This document shows, piece after piece, positions 41,901 through 56,600 of a DNA stretch of 64,000 nt. Location of the stretch: the NCBI GenBank assembly GCA_964016885.1, contig OZ024757.1, forward strand, positions 3,038,001 to 3,102,000, given 5' to 3'. The DNA comes from Eledone cirrhosa. Lineage: Eukaryota. A program made the position numbers and the translations under genes. The number at the start of each line of letters is the position of its first letter. Position 1 is the first letter of the stretch. The notes beneath the pieces were generated by a model. The model did not search any database. It had not been told where the DNA came from and saw only the letters and a program-made list of their open reading frames with translations.

Positions 41901-44900
41901 TCAGAGCTGTGATCTCTCAATTCAGAGTTTCTTTCCTGAGACATTCTAAACACATGTCTATATTATCAGAGCTGTGATATCTCAATTCAGAGATTCTTTC
42001 CTGAGACATTCTAAGCACATGTCTATAGTATCAGAGCTGTGATCTCTCAATTCAGAAATTCTTTCCTGAGACCTTCTAACCACATATCGGTAGTATCAGA
42101 GCTGTGATATCCCAATTCAAAGATTCTTTCCTCAGACATTCTAACCAGATGTCTGTAGTATCAGAGCTGTGATCTCTCAATCCACAGATTCTTTCCAGAG
42201 ACATTCTAACCACATGACTGTGGCATCAGAGCTGTGATCTCTCAATTCAGAGATTCTTTCCTGACACATCCTAACCACATGTCTATAATATCAGAGCTGT
42301 GATCTCTCCATTCAGAGATTCTTTCCTGACACATTCTAACCACATGTCTGTAGTATCAGAGCTGTGATCTCTCAATTCAGAGATTCTTTCCTGAGACATT
42401 CTAACCCCATGTCTATAGTATCAGAGCTGTGATCTCTCAACTCAGAGATTCTTTTCTGAGACATTCTAACCACATGTCTATAGTATCAGAGCTGTGATCT
42501 CTCAATTCAGATATTCTTTCCTGAGACATTCCCGGCACCAATCTGTAGTATCAGCGTTGTGATCTCTCAATTCAAAGATTCTTTCCTGAGACATTCTAAC
42601 CATATGTCTGTAGTATCAGAGCTGTGATCTCTCAATTTAGAGATTCTTTCCTGAGACATTCTAACCACATGTCTTCAGTATTAGAGCTGTGATCTCTCAA
42701 TCCAGAGATTCTTTCCTGAGACATTCTAACGCCATATCTATAGTATTAGAGCTGTGATCTCTCAATTCAAAGATTCTTTCCAGAGATGTTCTTACCACAT
42801 GTCTGTAGTATCAGAGCTGTGATCTCTCAATACAGAGATTCTTTCCTGAGACAATCTAACCACATGTCTATAGTATCAGAGCTCTGATCTCTCAATTCAG
42901 AGATTCTTTCCTGAGACATTCTAAGCACATGTCTATAGTATCAGAACTGTGATCTCTCAATTCAGAGATTCTTTCCTGAGACATTCTAAATACATGTCTG
43001 TAGTATCAGAGCTGTGATCTCTCAATTCAGAGATTCATTCCTTAGACATCCTAACCACATGTCTGTAGTATCAGAGGTGTTATCCCTCAATTCAAAGATT
43101 CTTTCCTGAGACATTCTAACGCCATATCTATAGTATTAGAGCTGTGATCTCTCAATTCAAAGGTTCTTTCCAGAGATGTTCTTACCACATGTCTGTAGTA
43201 TCAGAGCTGTGATCTCTCAATTCAGAGATTCTTTCCTGAGACAATCTAACCACATGTCTATAGTATCAGAGCTCTGATCTCTCAATTCAGAGATTCTTTC
43301 CTGAGACATTCTAAACACATGTCTGTAGTATCAGATGTGTGATCTCTCAATTCAGAGATTCTTTCCTGAGACATTCTAACCACATTTCTGTAGTATCAGA
43401 GCTGTGATCTCTCAATCCAGAAATTATTTCTTGAGACGTTCTAACCACATGTCTGTAGTATCAGAGGTGTGATCTCTCAATTCAGTGATTCATTCCTGAG
43501 ACATTCTAACCACATGTCTGTAGTATCAGAGCTGTGATCTCTCAATCCAGAGATTCTTTCTTGAGACATTCTAACCACATGTCTGTAGTATCAGAGCTGT
43601 GATCTCTCAATTCAGAGATTCTTTCCTGCGACATTCTAACCACATGTCTATAGTATCGGAGCTGTGATCTCTCCATTCAGAGATTCTTTCCTGACACATT
43701 CTAACCACATGTCTGTAGTATCAGAGCTGTGATCTCTCAATTCAGAGATTCTTTCCTGAGACATACTAACCACATGTCTGTAGTATCAGAGCTGTGATCT
43801 CTCAATTCAGAGTTTCTTTCCTGAGACATTCTAAACACATGTCTATATTATCAGAGCTGTGATATCTCAATTCAGAGATTCTTTCCTGAGACATTCTAAG
43901 CACATGTCTATAGTATCAGAGCTGTGATCTCTCAATTCAGAAATTCTTTCCTGAGACCTTCTAACCACATATCGGTAGTATCAGAGCTGTGATCTCTCAA
44001 ATCCGAGATTCTTTCCTGAGACATTCTAACCACATGTCTGTAGTATCAGAGCCGTGATATCCCAATTCAAAGATTCTTTCCTCAGACATTCTAACCAGAT
44101 GTCTGTAGTATCAGAGCTGTGATCTCTCAATCCACAGATTCTTTCCAGAGACATTCTAACCACATGACTGTGGCATCAGAGCTGTGATCTCTCAATTCAG
44201 AGATTCTTTCCTGACACATCCTAACCACATGTCTATAATATCAGAGCTGTGATCTCTCCATTCAGAGATTCTTTCCTGACACATTCTAACCACATGTCTG
44301 TAGTATCAGAGCTGTGATCTCTCAATTCAGAGATTCTTTTCTGAGACATTCTAACCACATGTCTATAGTATCAGAGCTGTGATCTCTCAATTCAGATATT
44401 CTTTCCTGAGACATTCCCGGCACCAATCTGTAGTATCAGCGTTGTGATCTCTCAATTCAGAGATTCTTTCCTGAGACATTCTAACCATATGTCTGTAGTA
44501 TCAGAGCTGTGATCTCTCAATTTAGAGATTCTTTCCTGAGACATTCTAACCACATGTCTTCAGTATTAGAGCTGTGATCTCTCAATCCAGAGATTCTTTC
44601 CTGAGACATTCTAACGACATATCTATAGTATTAGAGCTGTGATCTCTCAATTCAAAGATTCTTTCCAGAGATGTTCTTACCACATGTCTGTAGTATCAGA
44701 GCTGTGATCTCTCAATTCAGAGATTCTTTCCTGAGACAATCTAACCACATGTCTATAGTATCAGAGCTCTGATCTCTCAATTCAGAGATTCTTTCCTGAG
44801 ACATTCTAAGCACATGTCTATAGTATCAGAACTGTGATCTCTCAATTCAGAGATTCTTTCCTGAGACATTCTAAATACATGTCTGTAGTATCAGAGCTGT

Positions 44901-47607
44901 GATCTCTCAATTCAGAGATTCATTCCTTAGACATCCTAACCACATGTCTGTAGTATCAGAGGTGTTATCCCTCAATTCAAAGATTCTTTCCTGAGACATT
45001 CTAACTACATGTCTGTAGTATCGGAGCTGTAATCTCTCAATTCAGAGATTCTTTCCTGAGACATTCTAACCACATGACCATAGTATCAGAGCTGTGATCT
45101 CTCAATTCAGAGATACCTTCCAGAGACATTCTAACCACATGTCTCTAGTATCAGAGCTGTGATCTCTCCATTCAGAAATTCTTTCTTGAGACATTCTAAC
45201 CACATGTCTGTGGTATCAGAGCTGTGATCTCTCAATTCAGAGATTCTTTCCTGAGACATTCTAACCACATGTCTGTAGTATCCGAGCTGTGATCTCTCAA
45301 TTCAGAGATTCTTTCCTGAGACATTCTAACCACAAGTCTATAGTATCAGAGCTGTGATCTCTCAATTCAGAGATTCTTTCCTGAGACAATCTAACCACAT
45401 GTCTGTATTATCAGATGTGTGATCTCTCAATTCAGAGATTCTTTCCTGAGACATTCTAACCACATTTCTGTAGTATCAGAGCTGTGATCTCTCAATCCAG
45501 AAATTATTTCTTGAGACGTTCTAACCACATGTCTGTAGTATCAGAGGTGTGATCTCTCAATTCAGTGATTCATTCCTGAGACATTCTAAACACATGTCTG
45601 TAGTATCAGAGCTGTGATCTCTCAATCCAGAGATTCTTTCTTGAGACATTCTAACCACATGTCTGTAGTATCAGAGCTGTGATCTCTCAATTCAGAGATT
45701 CTTTCCTGCGACATTCTAACCACATGTCTATAGTATCGGAGCTGTGATCTCTCCATTCAGAGATTCTTTCCTGACACATTCTAACCACATGTCTGTAGTA
45801 TCAGAGCTGTGATCTCTCAATTCAGAGATTCTTTCCTGAGACATACTAACCACATGTCTGTAGTATCAGAGCTGTGATCTCTCAATTCAGAGTTTCTTTC
45901 CAGAGACATTCTAAACACATGTCTATATTATCAGAGCTGTGATATCTCAATTCACAGATTCTTTCCTGAGACATTCTAACCACATGACTGTGGCATCAGA
46001 GCTGTGATCTCTCAATTCAGAGATTCTTTCCTGACACATCCTAACCACATGTCTATAATATCAGAGCTGTGATTTCTCCATTCAGAAATTCTTTCCTGAG
46101 ACCTTCTAACCACATATCGGTAGTATCAGGGCTGTGATCTCTCAAATCCGAGATTCTTTCCTGAGACATTCTAACCACATGTCTGTAGTATCAGAGCTGT
46201 GATATCCCAATTCAAAGATTCTTTCCTCAGACATTCTAACCAGATGTCTGTAGTATCAGAGCTGTGATCTCTCAATCCACAGATTCTTTCCAGAGACATT
46301 CTAACCACATGACTGTGGCATCAGAGCTGTGATCTCTCAATTCAGAGATTCTTTCCTGACACATCCTAACCACATGTCTATAATATCAGAGCTGTGATTT
46401 CTCCATTCAGAGATTCTTTCCTGACACATTCTAACCACATGTCTGTAGTATCAGAGCTGTGATCTCTCAATTCAGAGATTCTTTCCTGAGACATTCTAAC
46501 CCCATGTCTATAGTATCAGAGCTGTGATCTCTCAACTCAGAGATTCTTTTCTGAGACATTCTAACCACATGTCTATAGTATCAGAGCTGTGATCTCTCAA
46601 TTCAGATATTCTTTCCTGAGACATTCCCGGCACCAATCTGTAGTATCAGCGTTGTGATCTCTCAATTCAGAGATTCTTTCCTGAGACATTCTAACCATGT
46701 CTGTAGTATCAGAGCTGTGATCTCTCAATTTAGAGATTCTTTCCTGAGACATTCTAACCACATGTCTTCAGTATTAGAGCTGTGATCTCTCAATCCAGAG
46801 ATTCTTTCCTGAGACATTCTAACGCCATATCTATAGTATTAGAGCTGTGATCTCTCAATTCAAAGATTCTTTCCAGAGATGTTCTTACCACATGTCTGTA
46901 GTATCAGAGCTGTGATCTCTCAATTCAGAGATTCTTTCCTGAGACAATCTAACCACATGTCTATAGTATCAGAGCTCTGATCTCTCAATTCAGAGATTCT
47001 TTCCTGAGACATTCTAAGCAAATGTCTATAGTATCAGAGCTGTGATCTCTCAATTCAGAAATTCTTTCCTGAGACGTTCTAACCACATATCGGTAGTATC
47101 AGAGCTGTGATCTCTCAATTCAGAGATTCTTTCCTGAGACATTCTAAATACATGTCTGTAGTATCAGAGCTGTGATCTCTCAATTCAGAGATTCATTCCT
47201 TAGACATCCTAACCACATGTCTGTAGTATCAGAGGTGTTATCCCTCAATTCAAAGATTCTTTCCTGAGACATTCTAACTACATGTCTGTAGTATCAGAGC
47301 TGTAATTTCTCAATTCAGAGATTCTTTCCTGAGACATTCTAACCACATGACCATAGTATAAGAGCTGTGATCTCTCAATTCTGTGATTCTTTCCTGAGAC
47401 ATTCTAAGCACATGTCTATAGTATCAGAGCTGTGATCTCACAATTCAGAGATTCTTTCCTTAGACATCCTAACCACATGTCTGTAGTATCAGAGGTGTTA
47501 TCTCTCAATTCAGAGATTCTTTCCTGAGACATTCTAACCACATGTCTGTAGTATCAGAGCTGTGATCTCTCAATTCAGAGATTCTTTCCTGAGACATTCT
47601 AACCACA

Positions 47608-50600
47608 AGTCTATAGTATCAGAGCTGTGATCTCTCAATTCAGAGATTCTTTCCTGAGACAATCTAACCACATGTCTGTAGTATCAGAGGTGTGATCTCT
47701 CAATTCAGAGATTCATTCCTGAGACATTCTAACCACATGTCTGTAGTATCAGAGCTGTGATCTCTCAATCCAGAGATTCTTTCTTGAGACATTCTAAACA
47801 CATGTCTATATTATCAGAGCTGTGATATATCAATTCAGAGATTCTTTCCTGAGACATTCTAAGCACATGTCTATAGTATCAGAGCTGTGATCTCTCAATT
47901 CAGAAATTCTTTCCTGAGACGTTCTAACCACATATCGGTAGTATCAGAGCTGTGATCTCTCAAATCCGAGATTCTTTCCTGAGACATTCTAATCACATGT
48001 CTGTAGTATCAGAGCTGTGATATCCCAAATCAAAGATTCTTTCCTCAGACATTCTAACCAGATGTCTGTAGTATCAGAGCTGTGATCTCTCAATCCACAG
48101 ATTCTTTCCAGAGACATTCTAACCACATGACTGTGGCATCAGAGCTGTGATCTCTCAATTCAGAGATTCTTTCCTGACACATCCTAACCACATGTCTATA
48201 GTATCAGAGCTGGGATCTCTCCATTCAGAGAATCTTTCCTGACACATTCTAACCACATGTCTGTAGTATCAGAGCTGTGATCTCTCAATTCAGAGATGCT
48301 TTCCTGAGACATTCTAACCCCATGTCTATAGTATCAGAGCTGTGATCTCTCAACTCAGAGATTCTTTTCTGAGACATTCTAACCACATGTCTGTAGTATC
48401 AGCGTTGTGATCTCTCAATTCAGAGATTCATTCCTGAGACATTCTAACCACATGTCTGTAGTATGAGAGCTGTGATCTCTCAATCCAGAGATTCTTTCCT
48501 GAGACATTCTAACGCCATATCTATAGTATTAGAGCTGTGATCTCTCAATTCAAAGATTCTTTCCAGAGATGTTCTTACCACATGTCTGTAGTATCAGAGC
48601 TGTGATCTCTCAATTCAGAGATTCTTTCCCGAGACAATCTAACCACATGTCTATAGTATCAGAGATCTGATCTCTCAATTCAGAGATTCTTTCCTGAGAC
48701 ATTCTAAACACATGTCTGTAGTATCAGATGTGTGATCTCTCAATTCAGAGATTCTTTCCTGAGACATTCTAACCACATTTCTGTAGTATCAGAGCTGTGA
48801 TCTCTCAATCCAGAAATTATTTCTTGAGACGTTCTAACCACATGTCTGTAGTATCAGAGCTGTGATCTCTCAATTCAGAGATTCTTTCCTGCGACATTCT
48901 AACCACATATCGGTAGTATCAGAGCTGTGATCTCTTAATACAGAGATTCTTTCCTGAGACATTCTAACCACATGTCTATAGTATCAGAGCTCTGATCTCT
49001 CAATTCAGAGATTCCTTCCAGAGACATTCTAACCACATGTCTCTAGTATCAGAGCTGTGATCTCTCAATTCAGAGATTCTTTCCTGAGACATTCTAACCA
49101 CATGTCTGTAGTATCAGAGCTCTGATCTCTCAATTCAGAGATTATTTCCTCAGACATTCTAACCACATGTCTGTAGTATCAAAGCTGTGATCTATCAATT
49201 CAGACATTGTTTCCTGAGACATTCTAACCACATGTCTGTAGTATCAGAGCTGTGTTCTCTCAATCCAGAGATTCTTTCCTGAGACATTCTAACCCCATGT
49301 CTGTAGTATCAGAGCTGTGATCTCTCAATTCAGAGATTCTTTCCTGAGATATTCTTACCACATGTCTGTCGTATCAGAGCTGTGATCTCTCAATTCAGAG
49401 ATTCGTTCCTGAGACATTCTAACCACATGTCTGTAGTATCAGAGGTGTGATCTCTCAATTCAGAGATTCTTTCCTGAGACATTCTAACCACATGTCTGTA
49501 GTATCAGAGCTGTGATCTCTCAATTCAGAGATTCTTTCCTGACACATCCTAACCACATGTCTGTAGTATCAGAGCTGTGATCCGGAGATTCTTTCCTGAG
49601 ACATTCTAACCACATGTCTGTAGTATCAGAGCTGTGATCTCTCAATTCAGAGATTATTTCCTGAGACATTCTAAACACATGTCTGTAGTATCAGAGCTGT
49701 CATCTCTCAATTCAGAAATTCTTTCCTGAGACGTTCTAACCACATATCGGTAGTATCAGAGCTGTGATCTCTCAAATCCGAGAATCTTTCCTGAGACATT
49801 CTAACTACATGTCTGTAGTATCAGAGCTGTGATCTCTGAATTCAGCGATTCTTTCCTGAGACATTCTAACCACATGTCTATAGTATCAGAGCTCTGATCT
49901 CTCAATTCAGAGATTCTTTCCTGAGACATTCTAAACACATATCTATATTATCAGAGCTGTGATATCTCAATTCAGAGATTCTTTCCTGAGACATTCTAAC
50001 CACATGTCTATAGTATCAGAGCTGTGATCTCTCAATTCAGAAATTCTTTCCTGAGACGTTCTAACCACATATCGGTAGTATCAGAGCTGTGATCTCTCAA
50101 ATCCGAGATTCTTTCCTGAGACATTCTAACTACATGTCTGTAGTATCAGAGCTGTGATATCCCAATTCAAAGATTCTTTCCTCAGACATTCTAACCAGAT
50201 GTCTGTAGTATCAGAGCTGTGATCTCTCAATCCACAGATTCTTTCCAGAGACATTCTAACCACATGACTGTGGCATCAGAGCTGTGATCTCTCAATTCAG
50301 AGATTCTTTCCTGACACATCCGAACCACATGTCTATAGTATCAGAGCTGTGATCTCTCCATTCAGAGATTCTTTCCTGACACATTCTAACCACATGTCTG
50401 TAGTATCAGAGCTGTGATCTCTCAATTCAGAGATTCTTTCATGAGACATTCTAACCCCATGTCTATAGTATCAGAGCTGTGATCTCTCAACTCAGAGATT
50501 CTTTTCTGAGACATTCTAACCACATGTCTATAGTATCAGAGCTGTGATCTCTCAATTCAGATATTCTTTCCTGAGACATTCCCGGCACCAATCTGTAGTA

Positions 50601-53600
50601 TCAGCGTTGTGATCTCTCAATTCAGAGATTCTTTCCTGAGACATTCTAACCACATGTCTGTAGTATCAGAGCTGTGATCTCTCAATTTAGAGATTCTTTC
50701 CTGAGACATTCTAACCACATGTCTTCAGTATTAGAGCTGTGATCTCTCAATCCAGAGATTCTTTCCTGAGACATTCTAAAGCCATATCTATAGTATTAGA
50801 GCTGTGATCTCTCAATTCAAAGATTCTTTCCAGAGATGTTCTTACCACATGTCTGTAGTATCAGAGCTGTGATCTCTCAATTCAGAGATTCTTTCCTGAG
50901 ACAATCTAACCACATGTCTATAGTATCAGAGCTCTGATCTCTCAATTCAGAGATTCTTTCCTGAGACATTCTAAACACATGTCTGTAGTATCAGATGTGT
51001 GATCTCTCAATTCAGAGATTCTTTCCTGAGACATTCTAACCACATTTCTGTAGTATCAGAGCTGTGATCTCTCAATCCAGAAATCATTTCTTGAGACGTT
51101 CTAACCACATGTCTGTAGTATCAGAGGTGTGATCTCTCAATTCAGTGATTCATTCCTGAGACATTCTAACCACATGTCTGTAGTATCAGAGCTGTGATCT
51201 CTCAATCCAGAGATTCTTTCTTGAGACATTCTAACCACATGTCTGTAGTATCAGAGCTGTGATCTCTCAATTCAGAGATTCTTTCCTGCGACATTCTAAC
51301 CACATGTCTATAGTATCGGAGCTGTGATCTCTCCATTCAGAGATTCTTTCCTGACACATTCTAACCACATGTCTGTAGTATCAGAGCTGTGATCTCTCAA
51401 TTCAGAGATTATTTCCTGAGAGATACTAACCACATGTCTGTAGTATCAGAGCTCTGATCTCTCAATTCAGAGTTTCTTTCCTGAGACATTCTAAACACAT
51501 GTCTATATTATCAGAGCTGTGATATCTCAATTCAGAGATTCTTTCCTGAGACATTCTAAGCACATGTCTATAGTATCAGAGCTGTGATCTCTCAATTCAG
51601 AAATTCTTTCCTGAGACCTTCTAACCACATATCGGTAGTATCAGAGCTGTGATCTCTCAAATCCGAGATTCTTTCCTGAGACATTCTAACCACATGTCTG
51701 TAGTATCAGAGCTGTGATATCCAATTCAAAGATTCTTTCCTCAGACATTCTAACCAGATGTCTGTAGTATCAGAGCTGTGATCTCTCAATCCACAGATTC
51801 TTTCCAGAGACATTCTAACCACATGACTGTGGCATCAGAGCTGTGATCTCTCAATTCAGAGATTCTTTCCTGACACATCCTAACCACATGTCTATAATAT
51901 CAGAGCTGTGATCTCTCAACTCAGAGATTCTTTTCTGAGACATTCTAACCACATGTCTATAGTATCAGAGCTGTGATCTCTCAATTCAGATATTCTTTCC
52001 TGAGACATTCCCGGCACCAATCTGTAGTATCAGCGTTGTGATCTCTCAATTCAGAGATTCTTTCCTGAGACATTCTAACCATATGTCTGTAGTATCAGAG
52101 CTGTGATCTCTCAATCCACAGATTCTTTCCAGAGACATTCTAACCACATGACTGTGGTATCAGAACTGTGATCTCACAATTCAGAGATTCTTTTCAGAGA
52201 CATTCTAACCCCATGTCTATAGTATCAGAGCTGTGATCTCTCCATTCAGAGATTCTTTCCTGACACTTTCTAACCACATGTCTGTAGTATCAAAGCTGTG
52301 ATCTCTCAATTCAGAGATTCTTTCATGAGACATTCTAACCACATGTCTATAGTATCAGAGCTGTGATCTCTCAATTCAGAGATTCTTTCCTGAGACGTTC
52401 TAACCACATGTCTGTAGTATCAGAGCTGTGATCTCTCAATCCAGAGATTCTTTCCAGAGACATTCTAACCACAGGACTGTGGTATCAGAACTGTGATCTC
52501 ACAATTCAGAGATTCTTTTCAGAGACATTCTAACCCCATGTCTATAGTATCAGAGCTGTGATCTCTCAATTCAGAGATTCTTTCCTAGACATTCCCGCCA
52601 CTAATCTGTAGTATCAGCGTTGTGATCTCTCAATTCAGAGATTATTTTCTCAGACATTCTAACCACATTTCTATAGCATCAGAGCTGTGATCTCTCAATT
52701 CAGAGATTCTTTCCTGAGACGTTCTAACCACATGTCTGTAGTATCAGAGGTTTGATCTCTCAATTCAGAGATTCTTTCCTGAGACATTCTAACCACATGT
52801 CTATAGTATCAGAGCTGTGTTCTCTCAACTCAGAGATTCTTCCTGAGACATTCCCGCCACCAATCTGTAGTATCAGAGCTGTGATCGCTCAATTCAGAGA
52901 TTCTTTCCTGAGACATTCTAACCACATGTCTATAGTATCAGAGCTGTGATCTCTCAATTCAGAGATTCTTTCCTGAGACGTTCTAACAACATGTCTGTAG
53001 TATCAGAGGTTTGATCTCTCAATCCAGAGATTCTTTCTTGAGACATTCTTACCACATGTTTGTAGTATCAGAGCTGTGATCTCTCAATTCAGAGATTCTT
53101 TCCTGCGACATTCTAAACACATGTCTGTAGTATCAGAGCTGTGATCTCTTAATTCAGAGATTCTTTCCTGAGACATTCTAACCACATGTCTGTAGTATCA
53201 GTGCTGTGATCTCTCAATCCAGAGATTCTTTCTTGAGACATTCTTACCACATGTTTGTAGTATCAGAGCTGTGATCTCTCAACTCAGAGATTCTTTTCTG
53301 AGACATTCTAACCACATGTCTATAGTATCAGAGCTGTGATCTCTCAATTCAGATATTCTTTCCTGAGACATTCCCGGCACCAATCTGTAGTATCAGCGTT
53401 GTGATCTCTCAATTCAGAGATTCTTTCCTGAGACATTCTAACCACATGTCTGTAGTATCAGAGCTGTGATCTCTCAATTTAGAGATTCTTTCCTGAGACA
53501 TTCTAACCACATGTCTTCAGTATTAGAGCTGTGATCTCTCAATCCAGAGATTCTTTCCTGAGACATTCTAAAGCCATATCTATAGTATTAGAGCTGTGAT

Positions 53601-56600
53601 CTCTCAATTCAAAGATTCTTTCCAGAGATGTTCTTACCACATGTCTGTAGTATCAGAGCTGTGATCTCTCAATTCAGAGATTCTTTCCTGAGACAATCTA
53701 ACCACATGTCTATAGTATCAGAGCTCTGATCTCTCAATTCAGAGATTCTTTCCTGAGACATTCTAAACACATGTCTGTAGTATCAGATGTGTGATCTCTC
53801 AATTCAGAGATTCTTTCATGAGATATTCTAACCACATGTCTATAGTATCAGAGCTGTGATCTCTCAATTCAGAGATTCTTTCCTGAGACATTCTAACCAC
53901 ATGTCTGTAGTATCAGAGCTGTGATCTCTCAATCCAGAGATTTTTTCTTGAGTCATTCTAACCACATGTCTGTAGTATCAGAGCTGTGATCTCTCAATTC
54001 AGAGATTCTTTCCTGCGACATTCTAACCACATGTCTGTAGTATCAGAGCTGTGATCTCTCAATTTAGAGATTCTTTCCTGAGACATTCTAACCACATGTC
54101 TTCAGTATTAGAGCTGTGATCTCTCAATCCAGAGATTCTTTCCTGAGACATTCTAAAGCCATATCTATAGTATTAGAGCTGTGATCTCTCAATTCAAAGA
54201 TTCTTTCCAGAGATGTTCTTACCACATGTCTGTAGTATCAGAGCTGTGATCTCTCAATTCAGAGATTCTTTCCTGAGACAATCTAACCACATGTCTATAG
54301 TATCAGAGCTCTGATCTCTCAATTCAGAGATTCTTTCCTGAGACATTCTAAACACATGTCTGTAGTATCAGAGCTGTGATCTCTCAATTCAGAGATTCTT
54401 TCATGAGATATTCTAACCACATGTCTATAGTATCAGAGCTGTGATCTCTCAATTCAGAGATTCTTTCCTGAGACATTCTAACCACATGTCTGTAGTATCA
54501 GAGCTGTGATCTCTCAATCCAGAGATTTTTTCTTGAGTCATTCTAACCACATGTCTGTAGTATCAGAGCTGTGATCTCTCAATTCAGAGATTCTTTCCTG
54601 CGACATTCTAACCACATGTCTGTAGTATCAGAGTGTGATCTCTTAATTCAGAGATTCTTTCCTGAGACGTTCTAACCACAAGTCTATAGTATCAGAGCTG
54701 TGATCTCTCAATTCAGAGATTCTTTCCTGAGACAATCTAACCACATGTCTGTAGTATCAGAGGTGTGATCTCTCAATTCAGAGATTCATTCCTGAGACAT
54801 TCTAACCACATGTCTGTAGTATCAGAGCTGTGATCTCTCAATCCAGAGATTCTTTCTTGAGACATTCTAAACACATGTCTATATTATCAGAGCTGTGATA
54901 TATCAATTCAGAGATTCTTTCCTGAGACATTCTAAGCACATGTCTATAGTATCAGAGCTGTGATCTCTCAATTCAGAAATTCTTTCCTGAGACGTTCTAA
55001 CCACATATCGGTAGTATCAGAGCTGTGATCTCTCAAATCCGAGATTCTTTCCTGAGACATTCTAATCACATGTCTGTAGTATCAGAGCTGTGATATCCCA
55101 AATCAAAGATTCTTTCCTCAGACATTCTAACCAGATGTCTGTAGTATCAGAGCTGTGATCTCTCAATCCACAGATTCTTTCCAGAGACATTCTAACCACA
55201 TGACTGTGGCATCAGAGCTGTGATCTCTCAATTCAGAGATTCTTTCCTGACACATCCTAACAACATGTCTATAGTATCAGAGCTGGGATCTCTCCATTCA
55301 GAGAATCTTTCCTGACACATTCTAACCACATGTCTGTAGTATCAGAGCTGTGATCTCTCAATTCAGAGATGCTTTCCTGAGACATTCTAACCCCATGTCT
55401 ATAGTATCAGAGCTGTGATCTCTCAACTCAGAGATTCTTTTCTGAGACATTCTAACCACATGTCTATAGTATCAGAGCTGTGATCTCTCAATTCAGATAT
55501 TCTTTCCTGAGACATTCCCGGCACCAATCTGTAGTATCAGCGTTGTGATCTCTCAATTCAGAGATTCATTCCTGAGACATTCTAACCACATGTCTGTAGT
55601 ATGAGAGCTGTGATCTCTCAATCCAGAGATTCTTTCCTGAGACATTCTAACGCCATATCTATAGTATTAGAGCTGTGATCTCTCAATTCAAAGATTCTTT
55701 CCAGAGATGTTCTTACCACATGTCTGTAGTATCAGAGCTGTGATCTCTCAATTCAGAGATTCTTTCCTGAGACAATCTAACCACATGTCTATAGTATCAG
55801 AGATCTGATCTCTCAATTCAGAGATTCTTTCCTGAGACATTCTAAACACATGTCTGTAGTATCAGATGTGTGATCTCTCAATTCAGAGATTCTTTCCTGA
55901 GACATTCTAACCACATTTCTGTAGTATCAGAGCTGTGATCTCTCAATCCAGAAATTATTTCTTGAGACGTTCTAACCACATGTCTGTAGTATCAGAGCTG
56001 TGATCTCTCAATTCAGAGATTCTTTCCTGCGACATTCTAACCACATATCGGTAGTATCAGAGCTGTGATCTCTTAATACAGAGATTCTTTCCTGAGACAT
56101 TCTAACCACATGTCTATAGTATCAGAGCTCTGATCTCTCAATTCTGTGATTCTTTCCTGAGACATTCTAAGCACATGTCTATAGTATCAGAGCTGTGATC
56201 TCACAATTCAGAGATTCTTTCCTTAGACATCCTAACCACATGTCTGTAGTATCAGAGGTGTTATCCCTCAATTCAAAGATTCTTTCCTGAGACATTCTAA
56301 CTACATGTCTGTAGTATCAGAGCTGTAATCTCTCAATTCAGAGATTCTTTCCTGAGACATTCTAACCACATGACCATAGTATCAGAGCTGTGATCTCTCA
56401 ATTCAGAGATTCCTTCCAGAGACATTCTAACCACATGTCTCTAGTATCAGAGCTGTGATCTCTCAATTCAGAGATTCTTTCCTGAGACATTCTAACCACA
56501 TGTCTGTAGTATCAGAGCTCTGATCTCTCAATTCAGAGATTATTTCCTCAGACATTCTAACCACATGTCTGTAGTATCAAAGCTGTGATCTATCAATTCA

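Noticed and set aside
52752-52949. 65-aa ORF
   Set aside because: It is a satellite translation with a TTG start, opened by TGA>TGT and a 1-bp deletion near 52840. There is no coding signal.
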